DNA of 50,740 nt from a virus (lineage: Duplodnaviria; Caudoviricetes), in the IMG/VR virus record IMGVR_UViG_3300006754_000028, positions 1 to 50,740 of that record, one strand, 5' to 3'. The translations under genes were made by a program, and so were the position numbers. Shown here piece after piece: positions 46,974-50,740 of the stretch. Position 1 is the first letter of the stretch; each line of letters opens with the position of its first letter. Under the pieces are notes generated by a model. The model searched no databases. It was given only the letters and a program-made list of their open reading frames with translations, and was not told the DNA's origin.

Positions 46974-47057
46974 GTCTACCCGATCCGATCTTTACTTTGG
47001 GGATCATTCGATCCCCCTTTGATTCTATTTCACAACAAACCAACAACAGGAGCAAAC

Positions 47058-47300
47058 ATGAACTATAAGGAAACTGAAAGCCATCTTATTTACACGCCGC
47101 TGTGGTGGCATTTACAAGGGCTTCAACAGACCTCTAGCGGGTATGGTAGTAAACTTACTACCCCGTACAAGGTTCGACACGACGGTCGATTGTACCGGGT
47201 CTATTGTATCTGCTGGAGTAACTCCGGAAGCCTGTACATATTGCCGGGCGGCCGTCCCCTTTATCTCCAGTCCTGGAACACTTTCCGGCCGGCTGAATAA
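47058..47300 (+). CDS. Hypothetical early protein
   Basis: Leader repeat plus AGGAG; SGYGSKLTT...YRVY...SNSG. Confidence 0.75.
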   Translation: MNYKETESHLIYTPLWWHLQGLQQTSSGYGSKLTTPYKVRHDGRLYRVYCICWSNSGSLYILPGGRPLYLQSWNTFRPAE

Positions 47301-47380
47301 GCCCGATCCGATCTTTACTTTGGGGATCAAGTGATCCCCCTTTGATTCTATTTCACAACAATCCATAGGAGGATAACCCA

Positions 47381-47635
47381 ATGACAAAACCAACATCACC
47401 TACAACCCTGCGAGTCTACGTTGTCGTAGACTCGGAAGGCAACCAGATCAGGGCGCATATGAATCTTGACAGGGCGACGGCTCAAGCCGATGAGATAGGC
47501 GGCGTGGTGTGGTGCGTACTGTACCGCACTGAGGGATCATTCCTGATCCATCCCGATCGCCCCGATGACCTGGAAGATGTCCACCCGTCCCGTCCAACGG
47601 ATGGCGTGTTCGAAACCTGGTCACTTGTTCGCTGA
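47381..47635 (+). CDS. Hypothetical early protein
   Basis: Leader repeat plus GGAGGATA. Confidence 0.7.
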   Translation: MTKPTSPTTLRVYVVVDSEGNQIRAHMNLDRATAQADEIGGVVWCVLYRTEGSFLIHPDRPDDLEDVHPSRPTDGVFETWSLVR

Positions 47636-47723
47636 TCTACCTTTACATCTAGACCCCGGGATCAAGTGATCCCCCTTTGATTCTATTTCACAACAACAAA
47701 CCAATCCATAGGAGGATAACCCA

Positions 47724-47990
47724 ATGATTACTACCCTAACTATCGAAGCCTGCTCCGACTGCTACACCTATGCAAGCGGTGACCTTTCATCCTTTGACTA
47801 CTACTACGATAAAGAGGAATCAGAGAGGCTCATAGGCCACATAGAAGAGCGCACCACCGAACTGTGCAACGAGCACGGATACATGACACAGGGTGATAGC
47901 CTCGGCTTCTCTAACTCATCCTGCGAGTGCTGCAATTCACACCTGGCCGGCGACCGTCACGAATTGGTGTTCATCTCGGAGTCACAATGA
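47724..47990 (+). CDS. Putative Zn-binding early protein
   Basis: CSDC...FS..SCECC...LAGDRH. Confidence 0.7.
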   Translation: MITTLTIEACSDCYTYASGDLSSFDYYYDKEESERLIGHIEERTTELCNEHGYMTQGDSLGFSNSSCECCNSHLAGDRHELVFISESQ

Positions 47991-48133
47991 CTGAATTCTT
48001 TGTGCTCCTTGAATGCCTGGGCCTGGGGCTGCTAGCCCTGGTGCTCGTTCCCAACTGGAACAGTGATACAAAACTGGAGATGGTCTCTGTCCCTGTGGCA
48101 GGACTCGCCCTGCTGATCTGGCTCTACATCTAG
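47987..48133 (+). CDS. Small two-helix membrane protein (48 aa)
   Basis: ATGA coupling with GGAG; two hydrophobic segments. Confidence 0.6.
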   Translation: MTEFFVLLECLGLGLLALVLVPNWNSDTKLEMVSVPVAGLALLIWLYI

Positions 48134-48193
48134 ACCCCGGGATCCGTAGATCCCCTTTGATTCTATTTCACAACCAACCAAGGAGGATAACCA

Positions 48194-48355
48194 ATGAGTA
48201 TCAACACAATCATGCTTGAAGCATACAAAGACTACATCGAATATAATCTTGACCGAATTGCCAGAGATGGGTGGACACCGGTCTGCTTCGAGGAGTTTAA
48301 AGCCAGCGCGGAGTCAGAGCACGTCACCGACACAACAACAGGGGAGTCACAATGA
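48194..48355 (+). CDS. Small hypothetical early protein (53 aa)
   Basis: Leader repeat plus GGAGGATA; MSINTIMLEAY...GESQ*. Confidence 0.65.
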   Translation: MSINTIMLEAYKDYIEYNLDRIARDGWTPVCFEEFKASAESEHVTDTTTGESQ

Positions 48356-48448
48356 CCTGCTGATCTACCTTTACATCTAGCAACCTGGGATCCGAGGATC
48401 CCTTTTGATTCTATTTACAACAACAACAACCAAACCAGGAGGATAAAA

Positions 48449-48721
48449 ATGCCTGAACAATACAGGAAAGTAAAATCAATCGGCAACGTACGGGTATTCT
48501 CATACAAGTACTTGGGCCCAACCAATCACCGAGGAAGCCGCATCAAAATCACTGACAAGTGGTTCGGAAAGTCAAAGACTATCCCATGGGATTACACGTT
48601 CAATTCATCCTACGAAGGGGCGATAGCCTACCTCATAGACCAGGGCTTTGACGTAGCCAGCATGAACAGCGAGGAGCAAATTATCATCATCAATGGCTGG
48701 ACTAGCCAGGAACTCAAGTAA
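48449..48721 (+). CDS. Hypothetical early protein
   Basis: Leader repeat; KYLGPTNHRGSRIK motif. Confidence 0.75.
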   Translation: MPEQYRKVKSIGNVRVFSYKYLGPTNHRGSRIKITDKWFGKSKTIPWDYTFNSSYEGAIAYLIDQGFDVASMNSEEQIIIINGWTSQELK

Positions 48722-48746
48722 CACAACAACCAAGGAGGATAACCCA

Positions 48747-48881
48747 ATGATACTGACCCTAGAAGAGGACGAGATACTCTATCTGCTGATACTCGGTGGC
48801 TACACATTCGAGGACGTAGCTGAGATGTTTGATCTGCCAGTGTCGGAGATCAAGCGCATCTACAGGCAATCACAAGACTAG
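48747..48881 (+). CDS. Small HTH protein (sigma70 region-4-like)
   Basis: GYTFEDVAEMFDLPVSEIKRI; GGAGGATA SD. Confidence 0.6.
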   Translation: MILTLEEDEILYLLILGGYTFEDVAEMFDLPVSEIKRIYRQSQD

Positions 48882-48942
48882 CAGCCCGGGGAGTTAACCC
48901 TCCCCCTTTGATTCTATTTCAACTACAACCAAGGAGGATAAC

Positions 48943-49248
48943 ATGAGAAGAGAACACGTTAAAACCATACACGGCAACCTTGTGTATAAGGACACTTGCT
49001 ACATCCAATGGGAATACACCTTCACCTACACGAGGGAAGGGGCAACCTATACAAACACATACAAGAGTTTGATTGCCCCTGAAATTATAGATGGAAAGAT
49101 AACCGAGGGCGGATTGCAATGTTCAAGACCTTATCATAACTGCAAGATTATAGGGGTCACAAAATACCGTCTGTGTACCACAGGAGGAGTCACTGTCGAA
49201 CTATATAACAACCAACAACAACAACCATCCAAGGAGGATAACCAATGA
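48943..49248 (+). CDS. Hypothetical early protein
   Basis: Leader repeat plus GGAGGATA. Confidence 0.65.
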   Translation: MRREHVKTIHGNLVYKDTCYIQWEYTFTYTREGATYTNTYKSLIAPEIIDGKITEGGLQCSRPYHNCKIIGVTKYRLCTTGGVTVELYNNQQQQPSKEDNQ

Positions 49249-49643
49249 TTAATTATCAAACAAACAACAACGGCGAAGGAGCCAACATGAGTAAGAGAAT
49301 GACAAAGAGACTTGAAAAACTGACAGCAAAGTTGAATGAGTACCTTAACTCACTGAAAGAGGAGAGATACGAGGAAATTGATGGCGGCGGACAGGTTCAC
49401 CACCTCAATGATACAGGGCTGTGGATAGGTCGGGATCAGGTCAGCCAATATTCAAAATGCAACGCAGAAATGGTCTTTCATTTTGATGGTGCTGGATATG
49501 ACATGTTCAGCGGGCAGGGAGACTATGTGTACACTGGTCTAACCAAATACAGAGACATGATTTTTAACATAGCTGAAAAGCACGGATTCCATGCCGAGCC
49601 CCTTAACAATTGGTCAATCGGATTCTATTGGGACGGTGTGTAA
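49245..49643 (+). CDS. Hypothetical early protein (alternative start 49287)
   Basis: Two in-frame SD+ATG leaders. Confidence 0.7.
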   Translation: MINYQTNNNGEGANMSKRMTKRLEKLTAKLNEYLNSLKEERYEEIDGGGQVHHLNDTGLWIGRDQVSQYSKCNAEMVFHFDGAGYDMFSGQGDYVYTGLTKYRDMIFNIAEKHGFHAEPLNNWSIGFYWDGV

Positions 49644-49674
49644 TGAGCAATATCACGAAGAGAGGGGAGCACAG

Positions 49675-50310
49675 ATGACACATAGACGACTCATAATTAC
49701 CTTTCAGAAGGGGCGGGGCAGAGATTGGACTGATTATTTCCCATTGTTTGAAAAGCATATCATCCGGGTTCTTGAAAAATTGACCAGCACCCGAATGATC
49801 AATACAATGCGGATCACCGTCAAAATGCGCAAGACTGAATTAGATCGTAGAGACGCTGCTGGAACCTGCGGAAGTTGGAAGGATTCCAAGAAGTCCAATG
49901 GATCAAAAAGCAAGCACTTCCCAATATCCCTGCATTCCGAATCAAGCCTGTTCCAGAATCTCAAAACACTGACACATGAACTGATGCATGCCGTGCAATT
50001 TGCAGAGGGGCGGCTGGGATCGCGATATCTGAAAACCCATCGTATAACATACCAGACATGGAGACCAAAAGGGCACACAGGCCCCAGCATCAGATACCCT
50101 TACTGGGATCATGACCCAAAAAGGATCGGGATGGGCAAGGGTAGGGAAAAAGTGATCATCCCCTGGGCGGAACGACCGTGGGAGATAGAGGCACAAAAAG
50201 CCGAACGCGATCTGATGTTTATAGCAGAGTTTCATGCAAACTGCTGGGCAAGCTATTCCCCATATCAATTCCCAATAACTAAGTCCGAACAGATCTACAC
50301 CGACCTTTGA
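49675..50310 (+). CDS. Putative zincin-like metallopeptidase
   Basis: THELMH (HExxH) and downstream RPWEIEA. Confidence 0.7.
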   Translation: MTHRRLIITFQKGRGRDWTDYFPLFEKHIIRVLEKLTSTRMINTMRITVKMRKTELDRRDAAGTCGSWKDSKKSNGSKSKHFPISLHSESSLFQNLKTLTHELMHAVQFAEGRLGSRYLKTHRITYQTWRPKGHTGPSIRYPYWDHDPKRIGMGKGREKVIIPWAERPWEIEAQKAERDLMFIAEFHANCWASYSPYQFPITKSEQIYTDL

Positions 50311-50375
50311 TATGCCGTAGGGTGAAAGCCCTACTTTGATTCTATTTCAACTACAACCAACCAAGGAGGATAACA

Positions 50376-50699
50376 ATGACAACCATAACAATGACATTCG
50401 AACTGAGCGCAGAGGATTTCAGATCTATATTTAGATACGTCGATATTTCTTACTGGGCAACGAGGCTGGAGAACGATGACCTAGTCGATGTCTATGCCCC
50501 GGACGAGGCGTTTGAGATCACCCGAGCCAAGATGGAGCAGGCGATCGGAGAGATGTTCGCGGCGGGGCAGCCTGGGAACAGTCTAATGTTCCAGGGCATA
50601 GACCAATTCGTTCGGCACGGATGCCCTGGCAGCATCGACAGCGACGTTGCCAACTGCATCTTACAGTGGTGCTGCTTCGGCAAGATCAAATACGGATAA
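50376..50699 (+). CDS. Hypothetical early protein
   Basis: Leader repeat plus GGAGGATA; ISYWA...ILQ...FG.IKYG. Confidence 0.75.
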   Translation: MTTITMTFELSAEDFRSIFRYVDISYWATRLENDDLVDVYAPDEAFEITRAKMEQAIGEMFAAGQPGNSLMFQGIDQFVRHGCPGSIDSDVANCILQWCCFGKIKYG

Positions 50700-50740
50700 C
50701 AACAACAACCAACAACCAATCCATAGGAGGATAACAATGA

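Larger units (their letters stand above)
46979..50375 (+). repeat. Dispersed intergenic leader repeat: hairpin + TTTGATTCTATTT + (CAA)n + SD
   Basis: Exact 13-mer at 47018, 47341, 47676, 48156, 48404, 48907 and 50335, each just 3' of a hairpin; degenerate copies at ~1495 and ~46585. Confidence 0.9.

Noticed and set aside
46979-50375. Repeats as a CRISPR array or integron attC sites
   Set aside because: Intervals are several hundred nt, irregular and protein-coding; there are no cas genes or integron integrase, and no RYYYAAC/GTTRRRY boxes.

Overview
This window looks like an essentially complete ~50.7 kb tailed dsDNA phage genome with podovirus-like organisation, linearised within the early region. 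The host cannot be determined from the sequence. No integrase, DNA polymerase, RNA polymerase, tRNA or CRISPR array is recognisable. Layout: (1) Rightward early region (46.6-50.7 kb, continuing at 1-5.2 kb) of small genes, many preceded by a conserved hairpin-TTTGATTCTATTT-(CAA)n-GGAGGATAA leader; it includes a Dam-like methyltransferase. (2) Leftward morphogenesis/lysis operon (32.2 to 5.4 kb): putative TerS, TerL, portal, scaffold, major capsid, tail adaptor/nozzle, three putative ejection proteins (the largest 2222 aa, with a LysM-like domain), tail fibre and Amidase_3 endolysin. (3) Recombination/replication block: DEDDh exonuclease, Sak3-like annealase, RusA, initiator and loader. It is translationally coupled to a putative DNA-modification cassette (TGT/DpdA-like, XRE, QueC, PAPS-reductase family). 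(4) Leftward cluster with an MT-A70-type methyltransferase. The most unusual signals are non-coding. A promoter- and terminator-bounded ~85-nt RNA at 5.3 kb has single-stranded segments complementary to both the CAA enhancer and the Shine-Dalgarno of the repeated early leaders. A ~630-nt densely base-paired RNA candidate heads the early region. A second ORF-less unit lies behind a perfect sigma70 promoter at 43.4 kb. All product calls rest on motifs and synteny read by eye; no database search was run.
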